This document shows, one piece after another, positions 9,314 to 19,640 of a DNA stretch of 64,000 nucleotides. The stretch spans positions 32,001-96,000 of the forward strand of contig CAWDRG010000002.1 in NCBI GenBank assembly GCA_963804645.1, written 5' to 3'. The notes below the pieces were generated by a model. It worked only from the letters and a program-made list of their open reading frames with translations. It was not told where the DNA came from and searched no databases. Every line of letters begins with the position of its first letter. Position 1 is the stretch's first letter. The DNA comes from an uncultured Bacillota bacterium. Its GTDB lineage: Bacteria > Sysuimicrobiota > Sysuimicrobiia > Sysuimicrobiales > Segetimicrobiaceae. The translations under genes were made by a program, and so were the position numbers.

Positions 9314-10105
9314 CTAGAGGGTACGCAGGTCCGGACGGTCGACAAGTTCCACCCTGACGCCGTCGGGATCAGGAACGATGCCGACGTTGCCGAGTCCGGT
9401 GCCCGCGCGCTTGGGGCTGCCGGCCTCCGGGGTCGCCCCCAGGGCCGCCAGGCTCTTCAGCGCGCTCTCCACGCTGTCGACCCGCAGCGCGAAGTGGCCA
9501 AAGAACGGGCCGGGCGCCGGCTCCGGTCGGTGCAGGAGCTCGAGGACGTCGTAGTCGTAGTTGAGGTACTCCATGTCGAGCTGCCGCTGCTCGACGCGCT
9601 GCGTCTTGAGCGACTTCATCCCCAGCTTCCCGTGGTAGAACTCCATGGCCGCCTTCAGGTTGTTCGCGTTCAGCGAGTAGTGGTCGAACGACTTGATCAG
9701 CGAGTTCGGGACCGCCGCCGTTCGGTAATCCGGGCTGCGCTGTAGCAGTTCCACGCGCGCGCCGTTCGGGTCCAACACAAAGGCGATCCGGCCCACGCCG
9801 GACCCGGCAACCTTCGGCTTCACCACTCCCTCGACGCCGGAGTCCACCAGCCTCTGGTAGTCGCCGTCGAGATCGTGGGTCATGAACCCGATGTGCGTGA
9901 TCCCGTACACCTCGTTGCCGGCCGGCTCGCGCCGGTGCAGGAGCTCGATCATGCCCCCGGTGATCTGCAGGTAGACCACGTCGGTCTGGGTCGACGGGAT
10001 GATATTCCGGGACACGACTTTCGCGCCGAGGACCCCCTCGTAGAAGGCGAGCGATTTGTCCAAGTTCCGAATCACGATGCCGACATGATTCAGTTCGTAG
10101 ATCAT
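9314..10105 (-). CDS. tandem VOC (glyoxalase / methylmalonyl-CoA epimerase-like) protein
   Basis: Two repeats: NHVGI/IELL/THIGF/DPNGARVELL and DHYSL/LELL/GHFAL/DPDGVRVELV; GAGGAG RBS. Confidence 0.85.
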   Translation of the reverse strand: MIYELNHVGIVIRNLDKSLAFYEGVLGAKVVSRNIIPSTQTDVVYLQITGGMIELLHRREPAGNEVYGITHIGFMTHDLDGDYQRLVDSGVEGVVKPKVAGSGVGRIAFVLDPNGARVELLQRSPDYRTAAVPNSLIKSFDHYSLNANNLKAAMEFYHGKLGMKSLKTQRVEQRQLDMEYLNYDYDVLELLHRPEPAPGPFFGHFALRVDSVESALKSLAALGATPEAGSPKRAGTGLGNVGIVPDPDGVRVELVDRPDLRTL

Positions 10106-10304
10106 TGCGGCTCCTCTCTGCTCGTTTCTGCCGGTGCCGTGTGTAACGGCCTCGCGGGCGGTCGGCCGGTCACGTCGACCGCAGGCCGCCGCCGCGCGGC
10201 GCACCGGGCGCTGGGGCGGCGGGACGGACGTCCCGAACAGGATCGCGCATCGAGGCCGGGATACCCTCACTCTTCCCGCCCGCGCGGGTGCCTCCCTGCC
10301 GGTC

Positions 10305-11066
10305 TCAGCGTGCGCCGGGCCACGGCGTTACCGTGATGTTGGTGACGTGGAGGTAGCTCGGACGATCCAAGAGCCAGAGGAAGATGTCTGCGATGTCCGA
10401 GGGACGCAGCATCCGCGCCCGCTCTTCCTTGGAGGGGGGCTCGAGCTTGCGGTCCCACGTGCTCGTATCGACCGGGCCCGGGCTGACCGAGGTGATGCGG
10501 ATGTTCGTGTCGCGGTACTCGTCGATGAGCGCTTCGGTGAGCGCCCTCGCCCCGAACTTGGACGCGGCGTAGAGGCTGGTCCCCGGATTCGCCTTGAACG
10601 AGGCGGTGGACAGCACGTTGAGCACGTAGCCGCCGCCGCCCGCCACGAGGTGCGGCAGCACCGACCGGCACATCAGGTACGTGCCGGTCAGGTTCGTGGC
10701 GATGAGCCGCTCCCACTCCGGGGTGGTGGTGTCCACGAGGCGCCGGCGCGCGTTCATGCTGACACCGGCGCAGTTGACCAGGACGTCGATGCGGCCGAAC
10801 CGGTCCATTACCTCGGCGACCGCCGCGTCCACGTCGCGCTCCTGTCCCACGTCGGCACCGATGCCCACGATCCGGTCGCGCGCGGGTGCGTCGAGCGTCC
10901 GGATCGCGGAGTCGAGCCGCGCGCGGTCCCGGGCCACCGCGGCCACGCCCATCCCTCGGGCGGCGAGCGCGCCGACGGTCGCGAACCCAATGCCCAGGCT
11001 GCCCCCCGTGACAACCGCGACCTGCTCCGACACGCGCGTGGCGGGTGTGTGTTTCGGTGCCGTCAT
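10305..11066 (-). CDS. SDR family NAD(P)-dependent oxidoreductase
   Basis: TGGSLGIG, LVNCAG, YAASK, SPGPVDT. Confidence 0.92.
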   Translation of the reverse strand: MTAPKHTPATRVSEQVAVVTGGSLGIGFATVGALAARGMGVAAVARDRARLDSAIRTLDAPARDRIVGIGADVGQERDVDAAVAEVMDRFGRIDVLVNCAGVSMNARRRLVDTTTPEWERLIATNLTGTYLMCRSVLPHLVAGGGGYVLNVLSTASFKANPGTSLYAASKFGARALTEALIDEYRDTNIRITSVSPGPVDTSTWDRKLEPPSKEERARMLRPSDIADIFLWLLDRPSYLHVTNITVTPWPGAR

Positions 11067-11956
11067 CCCTTGAGCGCCCCCTCGCTGAGGCCCCGCACCA
11101 GCAGCCGCTGTGAGAACGTAAAGACGATGATGGCCGGGATGCTCATCAGCAGCGACGCGGCCATGAGATCGCCCCACCGGATCCCGTTCTCATCGATGAA
11201 AAAGGCGAGCGCGACCGACAGCGGTCGCTTATCCAACCCCTGCGTGAACACCAGCGCGAACAGAAACTCGTTCCAGGCAAGGATGAACGCGTACATCGCC
11301 GCCGCGATCAGCGCGGGCTTTGCCACCGGCAGCACGATCTGCCACAGCAGCCGCGGGATGGAGCACCCGTCGACGACCGCGGCCTCCTCGATCTCGACGG
11401 GGATCTTGTCAAAGAATCCCTTGATCAGCCAGATGGAGACGGGGAAGACCACCATCAGATACACGAGGATGAGGCCCGGCAGCGTATTCATCAGGTAGAG
11501 GTGCCGGAGCGTGATGAAGAACGGCACGATCACGACCACGCGGGGGAACAGCTGTGTGAAGAGGACCGACCACAGCAGCGTGGTGCGGCCCGGAAACTGG
11601 AACCGGGAGAACCCGTAGCCGCCGAGCACCCCGACCAGCAGCGCGATCGCGGTGGTGGAACTCGCGATGATCAGCGTATTGAGGAACCCGCGGATGACCG
11701 CATGGTTGTGGGAGATCGCGACGAAGTGCTCGAACGTCAGCGGCGACGGGATCCACTGCGGCGGAAACGAGTACTGGTCGACCTCCGGTTTGAGTGCGGT
11801 GCTCAGGCCCCAGAGCAGCGGGCCGACGCTGAACCAGACGAAGAGCAGCCCGAGCGCGTACACGAGCACGTGCTGCCCGGCGCGAGACTTCCGCGTCCGC
11901 GTCTCCGGGACGGTCGCCGTCCGCGGCGCGCCCCCCTGCGTCTCGAGCAGCGTCAT
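11063..11956 (-). CDS. carbohydrate ABC transporter permease (MalG-like)
   Basis: IPVEIEEAAVVDGCS EAA loop, AWNEFLFA, TM pattern. Confidence 0.93.
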   Translation of the reverse strand: MTLLETQGGAPRTATVPETRTRKSRAGQHVLVYALGLLFVWFSVGPLLWGLSTALKPEVDQYSFPPQWIPSPLTFEHFVAISHNHAVIRGFLNTLIIASSTTAIALLVGVLGGYGFSRFQFPGRTTLLWSVLFTQLFPRVVVIVPFFITLRHLYLMNTLPGLILVYLMVVFPVSIWLIKGFFDKIPVEIEEAAVVDGCSIPRLLWQIVLPVAKPALIAAAMYAFILAWNEFLFALVFTQGLDKRPLSVALAFFIDENGIRWGDLMAASLLMSIPAIIVFTFSQRLLVRGLSEGALKG

Positions 11957-12951
11957 CGCGGGGCCTGCTGGGCCTGACTGGCCCGGTTGGCGGCGCTGTA
12001 GATCACGAGCAGCGTCACCGCGGCGAGAAACATCAGCACGCTGAGCGCGGAGGCGGCGCCGAAGTTGTAGTCGGTGAATCCTGCCCGGTAGATCGCGAGG
12101 CTCCAGGTCTGGGTGGCGTTCGCGGGACCCCCGCCGGTCATGACGGTCAGCGTGTCGAAGGAGTTGACGGCTTGGACCGTTTCCAGGATCAGGGCGATGG
12201 CCAGCACGCCCCGCACCGCCGGGACGGTGATGAAGCGGAACAGTTGCCACCAGTTGGCCCCGTCGACCGCGCCGGCCTCGTACTGCTCCACCGGCACGCC
12301 CTGGAGGCCGGCGAGAATCAGCAGCATGATGAAGGGGAAGCCCGCCCAGGAGTACGCCACCATCACGGCCGGCAGCGCGGTGTGGGGATCGCCGAGCCAG
12401 TTGTGGGCGAGCCTCGTGAGGCCCCAGCCCTTGAGGGTCTGGTCGAGGACGCCGACGTCGCTCTGGAGGATCCACCGCCAGAGATTGGCGGAGACCACCG
12501 ACGGCATCGTCCAGGGCAGCACGACCAACACGCGCATCCAGGCCGTCCCGCGGACCTTGGCGTTGAACACCAGGGCGGCGACGAAGCCGAGCGCGAAGCG
12601 CAGGAGGACGGTGCCCGCCACCCACTCGATCGTGCGCTGCACCAGCTGGCCGGCACCGATGGCGGGGTCGGTCAGGATGCTGGCGAAGTTGGCGAGCCCC
12701 ACGAACGTCGTCTGGAATGTCGGGAGCCGCACCGTGGACAGGCTGAACCACACGGTCTGGAGCGTCGGATAGACCATCATGAGCGCGATCAGCACCGTGG
12801 CCGGCAGCACCAGCACATAGCCGGGCCTCCATCTCCGCAGCGCCGCGCGCCGCCGACGCTCCCGAACCAGCGCGGTGCGCCGTCGAACGTCGCCCGCAGC
12901 GCCGTCGTGGCCGGCGCCCGCCGCCTCGCCGTCGGGAGGGGGGGCGATCAC
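11953..12951 (-). CDS. carbohydrate ABC transporter permease (MalF-like)
   Basis: FVGLANF, LAGLQGVPVEQYEAGAVDGAN, MTGGGPA; probable GTG start overlapping the upstream stop. Confidence 0.92.
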   Translation of the reverse strand: MIAPPPDGEAAGAGHDGAAGDVRRRTALVRERRRRAALRRWRPGYVLVLPATVLIALMMVYPTLQTVWFSLSTVRLPTFQTTFVGLANFASILTDPAIGAGQLVQRTIEWVAGTVLLRFALGFVAALVFNAKVRGTAWMRVLVVLPWTMPSVVSANLWRWILQSDVGVLDQTLKGWGLTRLAHNWLGDPHTALPAVMVAYSWAGFPFIMLLILAGLQGVPVEQYEAGAVDGANWWQLFRFITVPAVRGVLAIALILETVQAVNSFDTLTVMTGGGPANATQTWSLAIYRAGFTDYNFGAASALSVLMFLAAVTLLVIYSAANRASQAQQAPR

Positions 12952-13763
12952 ATCCTCCCCGACATGTAGCGGGCGAACTGCGGGATGGCCACCTCCGGCT
13001 CCTCGATCTCGGGGTGCCACGCTTTCTCCCACTCGAAGTCCACGTAGCCGTTGTAGTTCGCTCCCTTCAGCACCTCGAGGAAGGAGGGAATGGGAGCCGT
13101 GCCCGTGCCGGTCAGAACGAGATCGAAGCCCTGCGCGGAGGACTTGGCCGAGTCTTTCAGGTGCACGAGCTTGATGCGGTCGCCCAGTTGGGCCCACGTG
13201 TCCGCCGCCTTCTCGCCGTGCCGATAGGTGTGCAGCGTGTCCCAGAGCACCCCCAGGTTCTTGCTCGCGCCGCGCGCGAAGAGATCGAGGATGCTGGTCG
13301 ACGTGGAGAACGCGTCGTGGGTCTCGAGCAGGGCCGTCACGCCGCGCGCGCTGGCTTCGTCCGCCACCTGGCTGAGTCCCGTCGCGATGGCGCGCAGGGT
13401 GGCGGCCCGATCCTGGCCTTCCGGGATCGGGCCGCCGAAGACACGGAGGTACCGCGCTCCCAGCCCTACGGCGATCGCCGTGTTGGCCCGCGACGCCTCG
13501 AGTTGCTTCCGGCGCACGCCTTCGTCGAGGGAGTTCATGCGGACACCGGTGTCGATGGAGACGACGTCGATGCCGTTCTCTTCGAACCGCCGCCGCGTCG
13601 CGCCGATCGTGGCGGGCGCGAGTTCATCGAGCGTCGGCAGATCGACCTCGCCGCGGAGGAAGCGAATCTCCACGCCGGAGTAGTGGTTGTCCTTGGCCAT
13701 CGCGATGACCTGGTCCACGCTGTACTTGGGACAGCCGAGCGTGCTGAATCCGAGTTTGAACAA
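12948..13763 (-). CDS. sugar phosphate isomerase/epimerase (xylose-isomerase-like TIM barrel)
   Basis: FSTLGCP, LLETHD, LWDTLH, VHLKD, FEWEK metal motifs. Confidence 0.9.
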   Translation of the reverse strand: MFKLGFSTLGCPKYSVDQVIAMAKDNHYSGVEIRFLRGEVDLPTLDELAPATIGATRRRFEENGIDVVSIDTGVRMNSLDEGVRRKQLEASRANTAIAVGLGARYLRVFGGPIPEGQDRAATLRAIATGLSQVADEASARGVTALLETHDAFSTSTSILDLFARGASKNLGVLWDTLHTYRHGEKAADTWAQLGDRIKLVHLKDSAKSSAQGFDLVLTGTGTAPIPSFLEVLKGANYNGYVDFEWEKAWHPEIEEPEVAIPQFARYMSGRM

Positions 13764-13791
13764 CGCCGTGAGTCCCCTTCCCCTCGTGCGC

Positions 13792-15027
13792 TTATTTCTT
13801 TGCTAGGATCGCGTCGATCTGCTGCGCCATCGCGTCCGCTGCCGCCTGCGGGGTCGACTGCCCGACCAAGATCTTCTGCGCGTTCGTGATGATCACGGTC
13901 TGGATGCCGGCCCAGTCGCCGACGGTCGGCAGGGACCTCGCGTCGCGCAGCGCCTGACCGAAGATGGCCCACTCCGGGTTATTCCACGGCGCGATCTTGT
14001 AGGCCGAGATGCGCGCCGGGGTGCGGTTCATGATCTTGGCCAGGTTCTCCGGCTTGGCGAACCACGTCAGGAAGACCCGGGCGCCCGCGGCGTTCTGGGC
14101 GCCGACCGGCACGCCCATCGTCCAGCCGCCGGACCGGTTGACTTTGCTCGGCGAGAGTACCACGCCCCACTTGAGGTCCTTGTGCGACGTGAACTCGTCG
14201 AAGTCGTTTGACGATCCCGTGATCAGCCCGACTTTGTTCGCCTCAAACAGCGGAATCAGATCGCGGGTCGTCGTGAAGTTCGGCGTGCCGTCCGGGGCGA
14301 CGTGATACTTGGTGTAGAGCTCCGCCCAGTAGGTCAGGCCGGCGACCGCCTTCGGGGAGTTGATCGTGGCTTTGGTGCCGTCCTTGGTGAGGAAATCGCC
14401 GCCAAACGCCCAGATCGTCGCAGACAGGAGGTCCATCGCGTTGGACGGATCGCTCAGGTCGGCGGCGACGCCGACGCCGAACTGTCCCGGGATCGTCAGC
14501 TTCTGCGCGACCCGCAGCATGTCGGTGTAATTCCAGTTGTCCGTGGGATACGGGACGCCCGCCTTGTCGAACACGGTCTTGTTGTAGTAGAAGACGTTGG
14601 CCGACGCCCGGTTGGGGATCGCGTACTGATGGCCGTTGAACTGACTCGACGCCCACACCGACGGCGAGTAGTCTTTCACGTCCAGGGTCTTGGCGACGTC
14701 GTCGAGGGGCTGCAGGAGCCCCTTGGCGGCGGCGGTGGAGACCCAGGTCGTATCGAGGTCGATCACGTCCGGTGGGGTGCCGCCAAGCGCGGAGGCGGTG
14801 AACTTATCGAGGTACCCGTTGATCGGCAGCGGCTCGATCTTGAGCGTGATGTCGGGGTTGTCTTTGGTCCACATCCCCATCGCGATGGGGATCTGAGGCT
14901 CCCACCAACTCCCCACCCAGACGGTCACGGTACCGCTCGCGGTGGCCGCGAACGTCGAGACGTTGACCGTGAGCATTCCGGCGAGGGCGAGTAGGACGGC
15001 GACCCGCACAACCGCTTTCACCCGCAT
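13792..15027 (-). CDS. carbohydrate ABC transporter substrate-binding protein
   Basis: Signal peptide, GGTPPDVI, FYYNKTVFDKAGV; AAGGAG RBS. Confidence 0.92.
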   Translation of the reverse strand: MRVKAVVRVAVLLALAGMLTVNVSTFAATASGTVTVWVGSWWEPQIPIAMGMWTKDNPDITLKIEPLPINGYLDKFTASALGGTPPDVIDLDTTWVSTAAAKGLLQPLDDVAKTLDVKDYSPSVWASSQFNGHQYAIPNRASANVFYYNKTVFDKAGVPYPTDNWNYTDMLRVAQKLTIPGQFGVGVAADLSDPSNAMDLLSATIWAFGGDFLTKDGTKATINSPKAVAGLTYWAELYTKYHVAPDGTPNFTTTRDLIPLFEANKVGLITGSSNDFDEFTSHKDLKWGVVLSPSKVNRSGGWTMGVPVGAQNAAGARVFLTWFAKPENLAKIMNRTPARISAYKIAPWNNPEWAIFGQALRDARSLPTVGDWAGIQTVIITNAQKILVGQSTPQAAADAMAQQIDAILAKK

Positions 15028-15354
15028 GCGCAGTCTCCTTTCGAGTGGACGCCACATGGCCAGCCGCGCAGGCGGTATTCCCTTCGCGTCGCGGCGTCAG
15101 GTAATGGTGCGCCCATTTTCGAGTCCCTGCGGAGAATTTCCTGGTACCGGGGCCCACCGCACGAGTGTGTAACCAAGGGGTCACGCGAGGGGCCCCTCTG
15201 GGGCGGCGGTTCCGCCGGTCCGGCGCCCACCCCGCTCCACCTGCGTGTGCCGTCGGAGGATCGGTGACCGAGCGGGCGCGATTGTAGACCGTCGCCAGTG
15301 GCACCGCAGCCAAAATCCTGAGACAGTAGGAGGGACTTCCGGGGGGGTGCGATC

Positions 15355-15705
15355 ATGAGCAGCCGCGTAACGGGGGCGCGCGTCCGCCGCGGCACCGGCG
15401 ATCGGTCCTCATTCTTCGCCCGGGTGTACGAGCTCGTGCGCCAGATCCCGCGCGGCCGGGTGACGAGCTACGGAGCGATCGCCCGCGCGCTCGGTGTTCC
15501 GCGGGGCGCGCGCACGGTCGGCTGGGCGCTCAGCGCCTGCCCGGGTGACGTGCCCTGGCACCGCGTCGTCAACGCGCAGGGGAGAATCAGCTGGCGGCCC
15601 ACCGGCGGATACGTCCGTCAGCGGACGCTGCTCCGGCGCGAGGGCGTCCGGTTCAGCCGGGCAGGGCGAATTGACTTTGAGCAGTTCGGGTGGAAGGCTC
15701 TGTAA
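15355..15705 (+). CDS. atl: alkyltransferase-like protein (Atl/YbaZ, MGMT family)
   Basis: IPRGRVTSYGAIA, ARTVGWAL, PWHRVVN (Trp replaces the active Cys of MGMT). Confidence 0.88.
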   Translation: MSSRVTGARVRRGTGDRSSFFARVYELVRQIPRGRVTSYGAIARALGVPRGARTVGWALSACPGDVPWHRVVNAQGRISWRPTGGYVRQRTLLRREGVRFSRAGRIDFEQFGWKAL

Positions 15706-15898
15706 GTCAGTCTCACCGTCACGGCAGCGGAATCGGCGCGACGGCGACCGGAGATGACAGACGTCGCCGCACCGAGGTCACTTGTGGGCGTGTGCCTGCT
15801 ACGCAGCGCACGAGCTCCGCGCACGAAGCGCCGCACGGCCGCCCCCCCGATGGCCGGAACGTCTGGGCGTCATGACGGGGTGATGGATCGCCGGGATC

Positions 15899-16230
15899 TC
15901 AGGGACGCGGGGTTCCCGCGCACAGCCACGCACTGTTGTGCACTGGAACGTTATTGGCGTCGAACCCTCCGGCGAACACCGTGCCATCGGGATCTTGCGT
16001 AAATGGCGACACACTCAGAGTCCTGGTGGACACTAGCATGGGAGACGGGTGAATCGGGAGTGATCGCCGCCACGTGAAGTCCGGCACGCTTTGCGCATCG
16101 CCGGTGCCGACGGCGCGGGGAGGCGCCGCCGAACTCCCCCCACGTCCGAGACCGGTGCCCGCATGGAACCGACGGCTCCGGTCGTCAGTCCAAGCGCCAA
16201 CACGAGACAGAGAAGCCGTCGGGCGTGCAT
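15899..16230 (-). pseudogene. fragmented remnant of a secreted protein gene
   Basis: GGAGGGGG RBS and signal-like MHARRLLCLVLALGL in one frame; protein-like FAGGFDANNVPVHNSAWL tail in another frame. Confidence 0.4.
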
Positions 16231-16420
16231 TGTCCCCCCTTCCCTCCCCCCACCGGACGAGGGCACCGAGACGCGTCTTTGGGTGTCCTCACCATCTCTT
16301 TGCCACCAACGCCGACACCTTACCGCTGGTGGCCATCCGCGGTTCCCGGTCTGCCCCGGTGCGAACCTGTTCGACGAAGATGCGTCAATGGGACGGCCGC
16401 CGGACTCCGGCGGCGGTGCA

Positions 16421-17131
16421 CTAGCATCGCAGTCGTCGGGCCAGATCGACAAAATCCGCCGCGACGACGTCCCACGCGCCTTGGGGCGCGTCATCCGCGC
16501 GTCCCCCGGGTCCGAACTCGAGCGGCCGGGCGACGAACCCGGTCCGCAGCCCGCACGCCCGTGCCGCGGCAAGATCTCGCTCGTGGGCGGCGACCATCAT
16601 CGCCTCGGGCGGCGTAAGCCCGAGGAGCGCGACGTTTTTCAGGTAGGCGTCAGGCATTGGCTTATAGGCCTGCGCGGTCTCGGCCCCGAGAATCACATCC
16701 CACGGAATGCCGGCCCGCTTGGCCATGTTCACCATCAGCGCCACGTTCCCGTTCGAGTTGGGCGCGACAATGTACTTGGTCCGCAGCCGCCGCAGCCCCT
16801 CGATGGTGTCGGGCCACGGGTCAAGACGGTGCCAGGCACGGTTCAGATCGTCGAGGTCCGCCGCGGACACGTCCGCCATCCCGAAGTCGCGGCAGACGGC
16901 CTCAAGGCTCTCGCGGTGCAGCGCGTCCAGGTTGGTCCAGGGGCGCCGACCGCTGCGCACGGTCTCCATCTGCGGTTGGTACCGGGCGCGCCACGCGTCC
17001 GCGAACGTCGCCCAATCCACGCCGCTCACGTGATGCGCGCGCCCGAACGCCTCGCCCTCGCGGGCGACCGATGTGCGCCAGTCGACGCAGGTGCCAAACA
17101 CGTCAAACAGGAGTGCCCTGACCTCCGCCAT
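16421..17131 (-). CDS. haloacid dehalogenase type II (HAD superfamily)
   Basis: FDVFGTCVDWR, AWHRLDPWPD, SNGN, YKP, MVAAH-DL. Confidence 0.92.
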   Translation of the reverse strand: MAEVRALLFDVFGTCVDWRTSVAREGEAFGRAHHVSGVDWATFADAWRARYQPQMETVRSGRRPWTNLDALHRESLEAVCRDFGMADVSAADLDDLNRAWHRLDPWPDTIEGLRRLRTKYIVAPNSNGNVALMVNMAKRAGIPWDVILGAETAQAYKPMPDAYLKNVALLGLTPPEAMMVAAHERDLAAARACGLRTGFVARPLEFGPGGRADDAPQGAWDVVAADFVDLARRLRC

Positions 17132-17408
17132 CCCGACACCATCCTCCCAATATCCATCCGGCGGTGTCCCGGACGATCTCGTCCACCGCGGCGGCCGTGG
17201 ATCCGGTCCCGCGAACCGGACGCGCCGGCTATGGGTTCGAGCGGACGCGTCCCTCTCCCTCGCTCGGAGACGTCGAAGGAGACGGGCAGACGTGAGGACC
17301 CGCGTGCGTTATCCTGAACAAGAGCGGACCGACCATGCCCGTGGTGGGTGGTCACGTGGAGAGCGCCAGCCAACGCGTCGATCAGTGGCGGCGGGAGGGA
17401 GTGTGTAC

Positions 17409-18413
17409 ATGCGACACCGTCAACTCGGCGCGGCCGGCCCGCGCGTCTCGATCCTCGGGTTGGGGTGCATGGCCATGTCGGGGGTGTACGGACCCGCCGA
17501 CCGGGCGGAAAGCATCGCCACCATCCACGCCGCCCTCGACGCCGGCATCACGCTGCTCGACACCGGCGATTTCTACGGCATGGGGCACAACGAGCTCCTG
17601 ATCGGAGAAGCCCTGCGAGGGAGCCCGCGGAACGGCGTGTTGATCAGCTGCAAGTTCGGCGCGCTGCGCGACCCCGCCGGCCGGTGGGTCGGCTACGACG
17701 CACGGCCCGCAGCGGTGAAGACCTTCTTGGCCTATTCCCTCCGGCGGCTTGGGCGGGATCACATCGATATCTATCGCCCGGCCCGCCTCGATCCGACCGT
17801 GCCGGTTGAGGACACGATCGGCGCGATCGCCGAGATGGTGAAGGCGGGATACGTGCGGTTTATCGGCCTGTCCGAAGTCGGGCCCGACACCCTCCGACGG
17901 GCGGCGGCCGTCCATCCGATCTGCGACCTGCAGATAGAGTATTCGCTGCTCTCCCGCGGGATCGAAGACGGCATCCTAGCGGCGTGCCGCGCGCTGGGGA
18001 TCGGGCTGACCGCCTACGGCGTGTACTCACGCGGCCTGCTCGGGGGCTCGTGGCGGAAGGAGGGCGGCGGCCCCGGCGATATGCGGACGCAGATGCCTCG
18101 GTTCGAACGCGAGAACATCGACAGGAACTTGGCGCTCGTCGAGGCGCTTCGGACGATCGCCGCGGCGAAGGGCGTCACCGTCTCGCAACTCGCCATGGCG
18201 TGGGTGGCGGCGCGCGGCGACGACATCGTGCCGCTCGTCGGCGCCCGGCGCCGCGAGCAGCTGCAAGACGCGCTGGGCGCGCTCGACGTGGCGCTGACCG
18301 GGGGCGACGTGGCGAACATAGAGCGCGCCGTCCCCAAGGATGCCGCGGCCGGCGGTCGATACGCGCCGGCCCAGATGGCCCATCTCGACAGCGAGGCGGC
18401 GCATCGGGGATAG
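17409..18413 (+). CDS. aldo/keto reductase
   Basis: LGLGCMAMS, LDTGDFYGMGHNE, SLRRLG-DHIDIY, IGLSE, QIEYSL. Confidence 0.94.
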   Translation: MRHRQLGAAGPRVSILGLGCMAMSGVYGPADRAESIATIHAALDAGITLLDTGDFYGMGHNELLIGEALRGSPRNGVLISCKFGALRDPAGRWVGYDARPAAVKTFLAYSLRRLGRDHIDIYRPARLDPTVPVEDTIGAIAEMVKAGYVRFIGLSEVGPDTLRRAAAVHPICDLQIEYSLLSRGIEDGILAACRALGIGLTAYGVYSRGLLGGSWRKEGGGPGDMRTQMPRFERENIDRNLALVEALRTIAAAKGVTVSQLAMAWVAARGDDIVPLVGARRREQLQDALGALDVALTGGDVANIERAVPKDAAAGGRYAPAQMAHLDSEAAHRG

Positions 18414-18425
18414 CCGCGCCCGGCC

Positions 18426-18959
18426 TCACACCCGGGTCGTTTCTCCCATCACGAGGGCGTAGTCCAGGTTTTCCGCGGCGACGCCGATCTGCTTGAGCAT
18501 CGCCATCACCTGGGCGCGGTGGTGGACTTCATGGAACAGCAGATGCCCGACGAGGACGTCGGCGGTGACCCGCACCCGGACCGGCGGGGTGACGACCTTC
18601 GGGAAGAAATCGAAGTGACGCCCGGGATCGCCGAGTTCGGCAAACGCGCGGCGCGTATCCGGATTGACTCGCGTCCACGCCTCGACCAACTGCTCGAACG
18701 GCGGCTGCGCGTCGAGCCTGAACGGATTGTTCGTGTACTGGCCGTTCGCGGCGTCGGGTTCCCTTCCGAGCAGCCGCTGTGTGTGCCCCCACTGGACGCT
18801 GGCGACGTGCACGAGCGTCGTGCTGATCGACCCGAGGCCGATCGGAAATGACCGCCGATATACTTCCGCGGGCTGCGTCCGCACCCACCCGAAAAGCTTC
18901 TCCCTCGCCACACAGAGATACTCGAAATACCGGACACGATCGCTGTCGGTTGTCGTCAT
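18426..18959 (-). CDS. DinB family protein
   Basis: GSISTTLVH and HLLFHEVHHRAQ His-triad motif. Confidence 0.85.
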   Translation of the reverse strand: MTTTDSDRVRYFEYLCVAREKLFGWVRTQPAEVYRRSFPIGLGSISTTLVHVASVQWGHTQRLLGREPDAANGQYTNNPFRLDAQPPFEQLVEAWTRVNPDTRRAFAELGDPGRHFDFFPKVVTPPVRVRVTADVLVGHLLFHEVHHRAQVMAMLKQIGVAAENLDYALVMGETTRV

Positions 18960-19008
18960 CGCACGCACCCCCTGTGCCCGGCTCGGCGTTGCTCGCGCTC
19001 CGCTGCCG

Positions 19009-19605
19009 CTACCACAGAAACAGGATGACCGACGCGGCGAGCAGCCCTCCCATGGCAACGTTGAAGGCACGGAAGGCGCGCTCGGACCGCAGGACGCGCT
19101 GCAGGGCCGCCCCGAAGGCGAGCCACGGGAGACAGCTCGGGAGGCACGCCACGAAAAACACGAGCCCCAGGCCGGTGGACTGCTCCAGCGCGCCGCCCGC
19201 CCCCGCGTCAAGAAAGGTGGCCGCGGCGCTGGCGCAGACAAGCCACGACTTTGGGTTCACCCATTGGAAGGCCGCCGCGCCGAGGAAGCCGACCGGCTTG
19301 GCCCCCGCTGCGGCCCCGCCGCTGCGTGCGGTCGCGATCTTCCACGCGAGCCAGCAGAGCATCACGGCGCCGCACCACTTCACCCCTTGGAGGACCAGGG
19401 GGTTGGAGAGGAGCAGTCTGCCGAGGCCGAGCGTGACGAGGAACATCATGCATGCCATGCCGACGGCGACCCCGAGGAGGCTGGGGAGGCCGCGTAGCAC
19501 GCCGACGTTGGCCCCGGTGGCGGTCAGCAGCACGTTGCTGGGACCGGGGGTGCCCGCGGCGGCGACCGAGAACGCGAAGAACGTGAGCGCCTGCTCCCGC
19601 GTCAC
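19009..19605 (-). CDS. LysE family exporter
   Basis: TPGPSNVLL, FQWVNPK, hydrophobic TM pattern. Confidence 0.92.
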   Translation of the reverse strand: MTREQALTFFAFSVAAAGTPGPSNVLLTATGANVGVLRGLPSLLGVAVGMACMMFLVTLGLGRLLLSNPLVLQGVKWCGAVMLCWLAWKIATARSGGAAAGAKPVGFLGAAAFQWVNPKSWLVCASAAATFLDAGAGGALEQSTGLGLVFFVACLPSCLPWLAFGAALQRVLRSERAFRAFNVAMGGLLAASVILFLW

Positions 19606-19640
19606 TTCAACTCGCCGCCGTGTCCCGGTATACTAGCCGC

